Below are positions 28,139 to 36,564 of a DNA stretch of 64,000 nucleotides, piece by piece. The translations under genes and the position numbers were made by a program. Position 1 is the first letter of the stretch. The number at the start of each line of letters is the position of its first letter. This DNA is from an uncultured Gammaproteobacteria bacterium (GTDB lineage Bacteria > Patescibacteriota > Patescibacteriia > Patescibacteriales > GWC2-42-12), in assembly GCA_964560005.1 (NCBI GenBank), contig CAZLKB010000003.1, positions 110,951 through 174,950 of the forward strand, written 5' to 3'. Below the pieces are notes generated by a model. That model worked only from the letters and a program-made list of their open reading frames with translations. It did not search any database and was not told where the DNA came from.

Positions 28139-28552
28139 TTATTTTCCGGCTTTATCCAAGGCTAGATTAACCAATTTGTCGGCCAGCTCGTTTTTCTCCC
28201 GGCGGATATGTTTAAAAACTATTTTTTTAAAACCCAATGTCAAATTATATACCAAAACAAATAAAGGAGCAAGGTCTTTATCTTTAACCCGGTATTCGCG
28301 ATTCAATTGCTTCACCACCAGCTCGCTATCTAAAAAAACCTCAGCTTCTTTAGCGCCCAGCTCTTTCGCCTTAGTTAAACCCGCCAGCAAGGCCTTGTAC
28401 TCTGCCTGATTATTGGTTGTTTCACCGATACATTGGGAAATTTCCGCGACCGCGTTCCCCTCTTCGTCTAAAATAACCGCACCGATTCCGGCCGGTCCCG
28501 GGTTGCCGCGCGAACCGCCGTCGGTGAAAATTGTAAGTTTTTCGTATTTCAT
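28139..28552 (-). CDS. rnhA: ribonuclease HI
   Basis: MKYEKLTIFTDGGSRGNPGPAGIGAVI ... NNQAEYKALLAGL ... DSELVVKQL ... REKNELADKL carries the DEDD-type RNase H motifs. The N-terminal track extension is a read-through of GC hairpins. Confidence 0.85.
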   Translation of the reverse strand: MKYEKLTIFTDGGSRGNPGPAGIGAVILDEEGNAVAEISQCIGETTNNQAEYKALLAGLTKAKELGAKEAEVFLDSELVVKQLNREYRVKDKDLAPLFVLVYNLTLGFKKIVFKHIRREKNELADKLVNLALDKAGK

Positions 28553-28591
28553 AAATATAAAATGTAAAGTGTAAATCTCAAAATGGAAAAT

Positions 28592-28640
28592 GCTAGCTCC
28601 GCTAGCACCCCGCAGATGCGGGGTCATTGCAGAGCAATGA
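28592..28640. repeat. three tandem GC-rich hairpins
   Basis: gctagc-tcc-gctagc, ccccgca-ga-tgcgggg and tcattgc-aga-gcaatga. The last two are related to the hairpins at 2787-2830. Confidence 0.7.
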
Positions 28641-28715
28641 CAATGTAAAATTAAAAATTTCAAATTTTATCATTTTACATTTTCAACTGTCATTTTTAAC
28701 TTTGATATTTACATT

Positions 28716-30440
28716 TTAAACTTTTTTCATGTCCACAATCTTCATCTGAACCGAGCGCCGACCGTTAAACTCATTAAATTCTAAATAATAAACCAAATCA
28801 ACCTGATCGCCGATTTTAAAATCTTTATAATTTTCAGCTTGGTTAAAGGCGACCGCCCAAAGTTGCCCGAACCTAAACTTTATATGCTGGGCGGCAGCCC
28901 CCATGCTGGTTTTGTCCATTATAACCGTAGCCCGGCTTAAAAATTTCGGCTTTTCGTTTTCCTCGCCGTATGGTTCGAATTTTTCTAAAGTGCCAACCAG
29001 CTTATCATTAATATCTGATAAAGTAATTTCCGCCTCAATTAAAATTTTCGGTTGAAGCTCTACTCCGCTTAAGGCCTCCGAGGCGATTTTTTTTATTTTT
29101 TTCGTAAACTCGGCTAAATCTGCTTGGCTTTTTACCGTGAACCCGCAAGCGGCCGCGTGACCGCCAAATTTTTTTAAATGACTGCCTAATTTCTCAACCG
29201 CCCTAATTACATTAAATTCTTCTATGCTTCTGCCGGAGCCTTTAATTTCTCCGCCAAACTGGGTAATCACTAAACACGGGCGATAATATTCTTCGCAAAG
29301 CCTCCCGGCTACCAAGCCCATCACGCCTTCGGGCCAAGGCTCCGCTCCGGGCTCGGATAAACTGGGGCAAACCATAACCAGAATCTTATCATCAAGCATG
29401 TTTGCTTCTACCATTTTCTTGGCTGACGAAAATATTTCTTCGGTAATCTTCTGCCTGGCCTGATTTTTTTTATTAAGTTTCTCCGCGATTTCTCCGGCTT
29501 CGGTTCTATCTTTGGTAATTAATAATTTATAAGCCGTGTTGGCGTGATCCATTCTACCGGCCGAATTTAAACGCGGCGCAATCTGCCAGCCGATCTGCCA
29601 AGCTTTGACGGCTTTATCGCTATTAGCGTTAATTTTAGCGGCTTTAATCAATTCGTTAATGCCCAGCCTCTTGCCCTGATTAATGATTTCTATCCCCCGG
29701 CTGGCTAAAATTCGATTTTCTCCGACCAAATCAACCATATCGGCCACCGTGCCTATCGCGACTAAATCCAAAATTTTTTCCTCCAGCCTAACCTTTAAAT
29801 TATCGGCTAATTTCGCGGATCCTATCAGGGCTTTGGCTAACTTATAAGCCACGCCGACTCCGGCTAAAAACTTAAACGGATAACTGCCGGCTTTAGGATT
29901 AATGGTTAAACAATCCGGCCAATCGCTCTTCTCCGCCGGAGCCTCGTGATGATCGGTAATAATTATTTCCAGCCCCAAGCTTTTCGCGTATTCAACTTCC
30001 CGCTTGTTGCGAATGCCATTGTCAACCGTGACAATCAATTTAACCCCGTTTTTAGCCAACTCGTCAATCGCTTTTTTATTAAGGCCATAGCCCTCGCTGA
30101 CTCTAGCCGGAATATAAACGCTGGTCTTGGCTTTAAAAATATTTAATATCTCCACCAGCACGGCCGCGGAGGTTACCCCGTCGGCGTCATAATCCCCGTA
30201 AATAACGATTAAGTTTTGCGCTTTAATGTGTTTAATAATTAAAGACACAGCCGCCTTCATATCAGTAAATAAATATGGATCAAGCAAGTCGGCCATATCA
30301 GGCTGTAAAAACGATTCTATATCTTTTTTACAAGTTAAGCCACGATTAAAAAGCAGCTGCTGTATAATTCCGCCAAATTCAGCATTTTGTTTTGCAAAAT
30401 CAGCTGAAACTACGGGTTTTAACTGCCATTTATTTTGCAT
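28716..30440 (-). CDS. recJ: single-stranded-DNA-specific exonuclease RecJ
   Basis: DHH motifs GDYDADGVTS, TVDNG, ITDHH and the DHHA1 motif GGHAAACG. Trimmed to ATG (MQNKWQLK). Confidence 0.9.
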   Translation of the reverse strand: MQNKWQLKPVVSADFAKQNAEFGGIIQQLLFNRGLTCKKDIESFLQPDMADLLDPYLFTDMKAAVSLIIKHIKAQNLIVIYGDYDADGVTSAAVLVEILNIFKAKTSVYIPARVSEGYGLNKKAIDELAKNGVKLIVTVDNGIRNKREVEYAKSLGLEIIITDHHEAPAEKSDWPDCLTINPKAGSYPFKFLAGVGVAYKLAKALIGSAKLADNLKVRLEEKILDLVAIGTVADMVDLVGENRILASRGIEIINQGKRLGINELIKAAKINANSDKAVKAWQIGWQIAPRLNSAGRMDHANTAYKLLITKDRTEAGEIAEKLNKKNQARQKITEEIFSSAKKMVEANMLDDKILVMVCPSLSEPGAEPWPEGVMGLVAGRLCEEYYRPCLVITQFGGEIKGSGRSIEEFNVIRAVEKLGSHLKKFGGHAAACGFTVKSQADLAEFTKKIKKIASEALSGVELQPKILIEAEITLSDINDKLVGTLEKFEPYGEENEKPKFLSRATVIMDKTSMGAAAQHIKFRFGQLWAVAFNQAENYKDFKIGDQVDLVYYLEFNEFNGRRSVQMKIVDMKKV

Positions 30441-30454
30441 AATAATTATTCCCA

Positions 30455-30528
30455 CAAATCTACAAATCTGCTACGAATATTACAAATATATTCGTAATAT
30501 TCGTTGTGAATTCGTAGATTTGTGGGGT
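30455..30528. repeat. AT-rich inverted-repeat spacer element (caaatctaca dialect)
   Basis: cccacaaatctacaaatctgctacgaatattac pairs with gtaatattcgttgtgaattcgtagatttgtgggg. Same dialect as 57027-57150. Confidence 0.8.
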
Positions 30529-30624
30529 CTAAAAAAACACGCCAACAGTCCAAGCCAGCATGGAAAAAATTACCATAATGCTGATGATTGTCCAAAGCAC
30601 TTTTTGTAATGCTTTCTTTTTCAT
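30529..30624 (-). CDS. possible 31-aa single-TM micropeptide
   Basis: Own translation: ATG at 30624-30622, MKKKALQKVLWTIISIMVIFSMLAWTVGVFF, stop at 30531-30529. It is below the ORF-track length cut-off and has no supporting homology. Confidence 0.3.
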   Translation of the reverse strand: MKKKALQKVLWTIISIMVIFSMLAWTVGVFF

Positions 30625-30662
30625 ATACTCAATGTTGAAATTATATTAAACATTTACGCAAG

Positions 30663-30807
30663 TTGTCTGGCATATTAAATTTATTTTATGCGAATACAAA
30701 ATTGTATTATTTTTTCTTAAAATTATCCAGACCAAATATATAATAATTTTAAGAAAAAATACACAAATTTTGTCGCGAGCGAAAAATAAATTTAATATGC
30801 CAGACAA
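30663..30807. repeat. long inverted-repeat element, family C copy 1
   Basis: Arms of about 65 nt: ttgtctggcatattaaatttattttatgcgaatacaaaattgtattattttttcttaaaatta versus taattttaagaaaaaatacacaaattttgtcgcgagcgaaaaataaatttaatatgccagacaa. About 85% complementary. Confidence 0.8.
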
Positions 30808-30813
30808 TTTTGT

Positions 30814-32592
30814 TTAACGTTTTAACAACTTTACAAAAGTGTCTGAAGGAATTTCCACGCTGCCCCGGCCATGAGCCTCCATTTTCTTCTTGCCTTTTTT
30901 CTGCTTCTCCAGTAATTTCTTTTTTCGGGATACATCGCCGCCATACAGCTTGGCTATAACATCCTTCTTCATGGCGGATATTCTTTCGGCCGCGATAATC
31001 TTGCCGCCGATGGCCGCCTGGAGCTTAACCACGAACATCTGCTTGGGCAAAGTTTCTTTTAGGGTTACTACCACTTCTTTGCCGCGCCTAAAGGCTTCGT
31101 CGCGATAAACGATCATGGCCAGCGCCTCAATCGCGTCCTCGGCTACAATGATATCCATTTTTACCACATCAGTTTTTTTATAGCCGATCAAGTCATAATT
31201 AATTGAGGCATAGCCGGAGCTGGCACTCTTTATTTTATCATAAAAATCGGTCAGGATGGCGGCTAGAGGGATTTCATAATGCAAAACCACCCTGGTCTCG
31301 TCAATATACTCGGTATTTTTATAAGTCCCTCGTTTTTCTTGGACTAAATTTAAAATCGGACCGATATATTCTTTGGGTGCGACGATATCCAGGCTTACCC
31401 AAGGTTCTTCAATCTTTTCTATCTCGGAAGGATCGGGCAATTTTTGCGGACTGCGGATGATTGATTCCTCGCCGTTTTTTTTAAATACTTTATAAGCGAC
31501 GCTGGGAACGGTTATGATTAAATTCAGATTATATTCCCTTTTTAACCGTTCTTGAAAAATTTCCAAATGTAAAAGGCCCAGAAAGCCGCACCTTAAGCCA
31601 AAGCCTAGAGCCTCGGAGCTCTCCGGCTCGTACATCAAAGCCGCGTCGTTAAGCTTCAACTTAGCCACCGCCTCCCTTAACTCGGCGAATTCATTGCCTT
31701 CGCGAGGGAAAATCCCGGCGAAAACCATGGGCTTGACTTCATTATAGCCTCTTAACGGTTTAGTTTCATCGGCGAATTTTTGAAGCGCTACCGTATCCCC
31801 GACCCGGCACTCGCTGACATCTCTAAAACCGGTTATGACATAGCCGATTTCTCCGGTTTTTAATTCTCCGGTTGACTTATATTCGGGCTTGAAAACTCCG
31901 GCGTCTAAAGCCTCGCTTTTCGCCTTGGTTGCCATTAATATTATTTTATCGCCCTTTCTAACCGAGCCATCAAAAACTCTGACAAAAGCCACCACGCCGC
32001 GATATTCATCATAAGTTGAATCAAAAATCAGAGCTCTTAAAGAGGCTTTATTCCTCTCTATCGGCGCGGCCACGCGGTCAATTACCGCTTTCAATACCTC
32101 GGCCACGCCCTGGCCGGTTTTGCCCGAAGCCAAAATAATTTCTTCCGGCTTGCAGCCCAGCAATTGAAGTATTTCTTTCTTGGTTTTTTCAACATTGGCA
32201 GCCGGTAAATCAATTTTATTTATCACCGGGATAATGGTTAAATTCTGCTCTAAGGCCAAATATAAATTAGCCATGGTCTGCGCCTGGATGCCCTGGGTCG
32301 CGTCCACCAATAAAATCGCCCCTTCAACCGCGGCTAAACTGCGGGAAACTTCATAAGTAAAATCAACATGGCCGGGAGTATCAATCAGATTTAAACTATA
32401 GCCCTGATACTCCATCCTGACCGGCTGCAGTTTTATGGTAATGCCTCTTTCCCGCTCCAAATCCATCTGGTCCAGCACCTGATCCCTCATTTTTCTTTTT
32501 TCTATGGTGCCTGTTAATTCCAGCATGCGGTCGGCCATGGTAGACTTGCCGTGGTCAATGTGGGCGATGATGCAAAAGTTGCGTATCTTCAT
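30814..32592 (-). CDS. lepA: translation elongation factor 4
   Basis: MKIRNFCIIAHIDHGKSTMADRMLE, DTPGHVDF, NKIDL and the LepA-specific C-terminal domain. Confidence 0.95.
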   Translation of the reverse strand: MKIRNFCIIAHIDHGKSTMADRMLELTGTIEKRKMRDQVLDQMDLERERGITIKLQPVRMEYQGYSLNLIDTPGHVDFTYEVSRSLAAVEGAILLVDATQGIQAQTMANLYLALEQNLTIIPVINKIDLPAANVEKTKKEILQLLGCKPEEIILASGKTGQGVAEVLKAVIDRVAAPIERNKASLRALIFDSTYDEYRGVVAFVRVFDGSVRKGDKIILMATKAKSEALDAGVFKPEYKSTGELKTGEIGYVITGFRDVSECRVGDTVALQKFADETKPLRGYNEVKPMVFAGIFPREGNEFAELREAVAKLKLNDAALMYEPESSEALGFGLRCGFLGLLHLEIFQERLKREYNLNLIITVPSVAYKVFKKNGEESIIRSPQKLPDPSEIEKIEEPWVSLDIVAPKEYIGPILNLVQEKRGTYKNTEYIDETRVVLHYEIPLAAILTDFYDKIKSASSGYASINYDLIGYKKTDVVKMDIIVAEDAIEALAMIVYRDEAFRRGKEVVVTLKETLPKQMFVVKLQAAIGGKIIAAERISAMKKDVIAKLYGGDVSRKKKLLEKQKKGKKKMEAHGRGSVEIPSDTFVKLLKR

Positions 32593-32649
32593 AAAGATTA
32601 TCCAAATTTAGGCAAAGACAGGTTCAAAACCTGTCCCGATTACCTCTAT

Positions 32650-32678
32650 ATCCTACTAATTTTTTAGTCTTTGGTCAA
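32650..32678 (-). promoter_or_regulatory. candidate sigma70-type promoter for lepA
   Basis: On the minus strand: TTGACC (rc of 32673-32678), a 17-nt spacer, then TAGGAT (rc of 32650-32655). It is followed by the leader hairpin gacaggttttgaacctgtc. Confidence 0.35.
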
Positions 32679-32809
32679 ATTATATTAGTATTTAAATTAT
32701 GATTTAATTTTGATTTCTCAAAAAAAATAGTCCCGATGCGTGAATAGCAAAGGGACATATGGGTTAAAAAACTAATTTTAACCAGCGAAGCCGACCCGGG
32801 CTTCAGCGG

Positions 32810-33307
32810 TCAAGGCTTCACGAAGACCGCCGGAAACTTAACACAATAGCTCCAAAAGCTGTCCGGGTTCGTCTTGCGAATACGTAGAATTCGCTCGCGA
32901 ACACGGTTCTTACGAATGCGCTCGTAGACATGAATTGCCCAGAGCTGGCCGTGGCTGGTGAAAGTCGCGGCAAGATTCGGCAGCTCATCAAGAGCGTTGG
33001 CATAACTGATGGTGACCAGCGGATCAGCCATGCCGAGAGTGAGGCCGGTGGGAAGACCTTTTCTAAACTGACGAATGGCTCGCTCCAGCTCATGATTCCG
33101 GACTTTACGGCCTAGGTTAACTGCGCGGACTTCCCGCATTGATTGCCCGACATTATTAAGCGGAATTTCCTCGGGATTTAAATCAATGTATTTATGGTCG
33201 AATCTGCCGCTGGCAATCGCCCGGCCAACCGCGTGTTTGCCATAATCAACCAATACGAAGATTTGATCAGCGTCTGCCTGAAACGCTGATTCTAATACCA
33301 TAATCAT
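32810..33307 (-). CDS. hypothetical protein, compositionally foreign (GC-rich orphan)
   Basis: 165-aa ATG ORF that is visibly more GC-rich (about 50% by eye) with different codon choice (CGC, CTG, GAG) than its neighbours. It contains the string GRKVRNHE (R-x4-H). No family recognised. Confidence 0.55.
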   Translation of the reverse strand: MIMVLESAFQADADQIFVLVDYGKHAVGRAIASGRFDHKYIDLNPEEIPLNNVGQSMREVRAVNLGRKVRNHELERAIRQFRKGLPTGLTLGMADPLVTISYANALDELPNLAATFTSHGQLWAIHVYERIRKNRVRERILRIRKTNPDSFWSYCVKFPAVFVKP

Positions 33308-33514
33308 TTTCTAATCCTTTCTGTTGTTTTTCTGCAATGCAATTATTGCAGCTTCTAATTTCGTGTGCTAACGGACTTAAAAGCCGCAATAATTGCCGAC
33401 CTACGAGCAAAATTTAAAGGTGCAATCTTAACATTACTGTATACCACAAAATTTAATTTATGTCCAGCCGGCTAATTTTTAAATCAAAAATCTAAAATCA
33501 TAAATTGAAAATTC

Positions 33515-35155
33515 CTAGATTCCCCTGGCTTCTCCTTGATCCGGCGCAGTAATTTTTTTAGACTGTAGGCGGCGCTTTAAGGACGACCAAAAATTAAACA
33601 GTTCTTCACTGCGCAAAATGTAACAGACCAAGAGATAAATTAAAATTCCGGAAATACCGGCGATCAAGCCTTGAGTTAACACTCCCCAAAGCCTGGTCAT
33701 ATCTATGTTGGCGCCGATAATTAATTTTACACCCTGAACGGCCGCGCCGGCCGCTAAAGCGGCTAAGGAAAATTTTACGATTGAAACCAAAATTTTTCCT
33801 TCATCTATCCGGCCGATTTCAAAATTCAGCCAAAGCCAAAGCAAAATTAAATTCATGATGCTGGCCAAAGAAAAAGCTAATGCCAGCCCGGCCACGCCCA
33901 TTTTTCCGGACAGCCAGACTGATAAAAAGATATTAAGGAGCGCCGCGGCCAGGCCGATGAGAAACGGGGTTTTAGAATCATGGCGGGCATAAAAGGCGCG
34001 GACCAGCAAGGGAGTTAAGGCTTGAGCAAAAAGCGACAGGCAAAAAAAGCCTAAAGTATTAATAGTTAAAATGGTATCTTGCCAGTCAAACTGGCCGGTG
34101 CCCAAAATTACCCTGATAATCTGCGCGCGCAGGGCTAAGAGAATGATGGTGGCGGGAATGATAAAAAATAATATTTGCCTGACGGTCACCGAAATATCTT
34201 TAACTAAATTTTTTTTGTCAAAAGCCGCGGACGACATAGCCGGAAAGGCGGCAATCGCGAAGGAAATTCCAAAAATTCCCACCGGGAATGACTGCAAGTT
34301 ATTCGCCAGATTAAAAACCGAAAGCGAGCCGCTGGCCAGGGTTGAGGCGATAATGGTGATCACCAATAAATTAAGCTGCGAGATGGCCAAGCTCATGGTT
34401 CGCGGCACCATCATCAGCCAAATTTTTATGACTTTGGGGCTTTTAAGGTTAAAACTGAATTTATATTTAAAGCCAAGCTGGATCATGGCCGGAAACTGCA
34501 CCAGCATATGAGCTAAAGCGCCCAGGCAAACGCCCCAGGCTAAGCCGTAAATTCCCCAAATTGGCACCAGATATATAGCGCCGACAATGATGCCGATATT
34601 ATAAAAAATCGGCGATAATGAATAGACGAAAAATCTTCTAAACGATTGCAAGACGCCGCCGAAAACGCTGGAAATACCTAAAAAAATCGGCGACAAAAAC
34701 ATGATTCTTGACAGGCTAACGGTCAAAGCTAATTTCTCCGGGTCAAACCCGGGAGTAACCAATTTCATGATTTGCGGAGCGAAAATAACGCCCAAGCCGC
34801 ATAAAATCAACAGCCCAACACCCAAAATATTCAAGATATTACTGGTTAATTCCCAGGCCTCGATATGATCATCGCCGAACAGAGAACGAACTTTTTGAAG
34901 CGGTCCTTTAACCAAAGAGGTAAAAATCGGAATAAAGCCGGCCGACAGCGCTCCCAGTATCAGCAAATTAAAAATTAAATCCGGAATTCGAAACGCCGCG
35001 TAGTAAATATCCAGGCTATCGCCGGCGCCGAACTGGCCGGCTAAAATTCTGTCGCGAAATATGCCTAAAAAACGGCTCACCAGAGATGAACCGCCGACCA
35101 GTATCGCGGCCATGGTAATACTGTTTATTTCGCCGTTAAATAAGCGCTTAATCAT
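33515..35155 (-). CDS. murJ: lipid II flippase MurJ
   Basis: 546 aa and about 14 TM helices. N-terminus SSLVSRFLGIFRDRILAGQFGAGDSLDIYYAAFRIPDLIFNLL is typical of MurJ/MviN. Confidence 0.9.
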   Translation of the reverse strand: MIKRLFNGEINSITMAAILVGGSSLVSRFLGIFRDRILAGQFGAGDSLDIYYAAFRIPDLIFNLLILGALSAGFIPIFTSLVKGPLQKVRSLFGDDHIEAWELTSNILNILGVGLLILCGLGVIFAPQIMKLVTPGFDPEKLALTVSLSRIMFLSPIFLGISSVFGGVLQSFRRFFVYSLSPIFYNIGIIVGAIYLVPIWGIYGLAWGVCLGALAHMLVQFPAMIQLGFKYKFSFNLKSPKVIKIWLMMVPRTMSLAISQLNLLVITIIASTLASGSLSVFNLANNLQSFPVGIFGISFAIAAFPAMSSAAFDKKNLVKDISVTVRQILFFIIPATIILLALRAQIIRVILGTGQFDWQDTILTINTLGFFCLSLFAQALTPLLVRAFYARHDSKTPFLIGLAAALLNIFLSVWLSGKMGVAGLALAFSLASIMNLILLWLWLNFEIGRIDEGKILVSIVKFSLAALAAGAAVQGVKLIIGANIDMTRLWGVLTQGLIAGISGILIYLLVCYILRSEELFNFWSSLKRRLQSKKITAPDQGEARGI

Positions 35156-35371
35156 GGTAAAATGTAAAATTAAAATCTCAAAATGAAAAATGACAATGAA
35201 AAGTGTAAAATTTTAATTTCTAATATCTAATCAATAACCAGTTTTTAATGTCTAATTATCAAAAATTAGAAATTGGTCATTGGGATTTGACCCGCCTCGC
35301 GTCGACGAGCGACAGCGAGTCGAGGCGGGTTAGGTCAATTAGGAATAAGAGTAATCAGACATTTTGCATTT

Positions 35372-36451
35372 TTAACTGTCATTTTTCATTTTGAGATTTA
35401 CATTTTTCATTAAAAGTTCTTTCACTTCTCTGGCAATCATCAGCTCCTCATCGGTCTTTATCGCCAGCATGGGCAACGAGCCTAAGCATTTGATTTTTTT
35501 CATGACTTGATTTCGCGTCACCGGATTACCCGAGCCGATACTGCCGGTAAAAATTATCGCTTCCGCCTTGCCTTCAAGACCGACCCAATAGGCGCCAATA
35601 TATTTAACCAGGCGATTAATAGCTAAATCAAAAGCCGACTTCGCCTCCTGATCGCCCAGCGAGGCGCTGGCCAGAAGTTCTTGATAATCGGTCAAGCCGG
35701 TTAAGCCTTTTATTCCGGAATTTTTATTTAATAAATTATAAAGCTGATCCACTTTAGCCTGGTTTACTTCTCCGGGTAGATTTTTTAAAAGTTTAAATAT
35801 TATCCCCGGATCCAAATCTCCGGATCTGGTTATCATCACTAGTCCCTCCAGCGGCGTAAAGCCCATAGAAGTATCAATCGGCTTGCCGTTTTTTACGGCG
35901 GTAATGGACCAGCCGCCGCCTAAGTGGCAGCTAATCAAGCTTATCTTATTAATCTTCTTTTTTAACAGTCTGGCGGCCTCGGCCATAACGAATTCATGGG
36001 AAATACCGTGAAAACCGTAGCGATGAATATTATATTGCTCGGTGATCTCGCGAGGCAAGGCGTAAAATTTCGCCGTATCCGGCAAATCGTGAAAAAAAGC
36101 CGTATCAAAAACCGCGACCTGTTGCGCCTGCGGTAAATAGCTAATCGCCGCTTTTATGCCGGCTAAATTATAAGGGTTATGCAGCGGAGCCAGATCGTTC
36201 AACCGTTCCAATTCAATCAAATTGCTGTCATTGATTAACAAGGGTTTAAAAAACTTATTACCGCCATGAACCACCCTATGGCCGACTGCCGCCAGATCTC
36301 TTAAATCTCCGATTTCCCTTAAAACCAATTTTATCGCCGTAAAATGATCTTTTACATTTTTAATCTGGCCCTGCTTAATTTCTTTTTCATCATGGCTAAA
36401 TAATTTATATTTAACCGAAGTAGAACCGGAATTTAGAGATAAAATAGACAT
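35372..36451 (-). CDS. ackA: acetate kinase (compact form)
   Basis: ILSLNSGSTSVKYKLF, HRVVHGG, FDTAFFHDLP, YGFHGISH, SCHLGGGWS, TSMGFTPLEGLVMITRSGDLDP, IFTGSIGSGN. The last 12 codons (MKNVNLKMKNDS) read into the spacer repeat. Confidence 0.85.
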   Translation of the reverse strand: MSILSLNSGSTSVKYKLFSHDEKEIKQGQIKNVKDHFTAIKLVLREIGDLRDLAAVGHRVVHGGNKFFKPLLINDSNLIELERLNDLAPLHNPYNLAGIKAAISYLPQAQQVAVFDTAFFHDLPDTAKFYALPREITEQYNIHRYGFHGISHEFVMAEAARLLKKKINKISLISCHLGGGWSITAVKNGKPIDTSMGFTPLEGLVMITRSGDLDPGIIFKLLKNLPGEVNQAKVDQLYNLLNKNSGIKGLTGLTDYQELLASASLGDQEAKSAFDLAINRLVKYIGAYWVGLEGKAEAIIFTGSIGSGNPVTRNQVMKKIKCLGSLPMLAIKTDEELMIAREVKELLMKNVNLKMKNDS

Positions 36452-36564
36452 AGTAAGTTTAAAATGTAAAAATCAAAATTAAAAATTATGGAGTGAAAAT
36501 TTTTTTAAAAATTTTCACGGAGTAATTTTACAATAATTTTACATTTTGAGATTTTCATTTTTAA

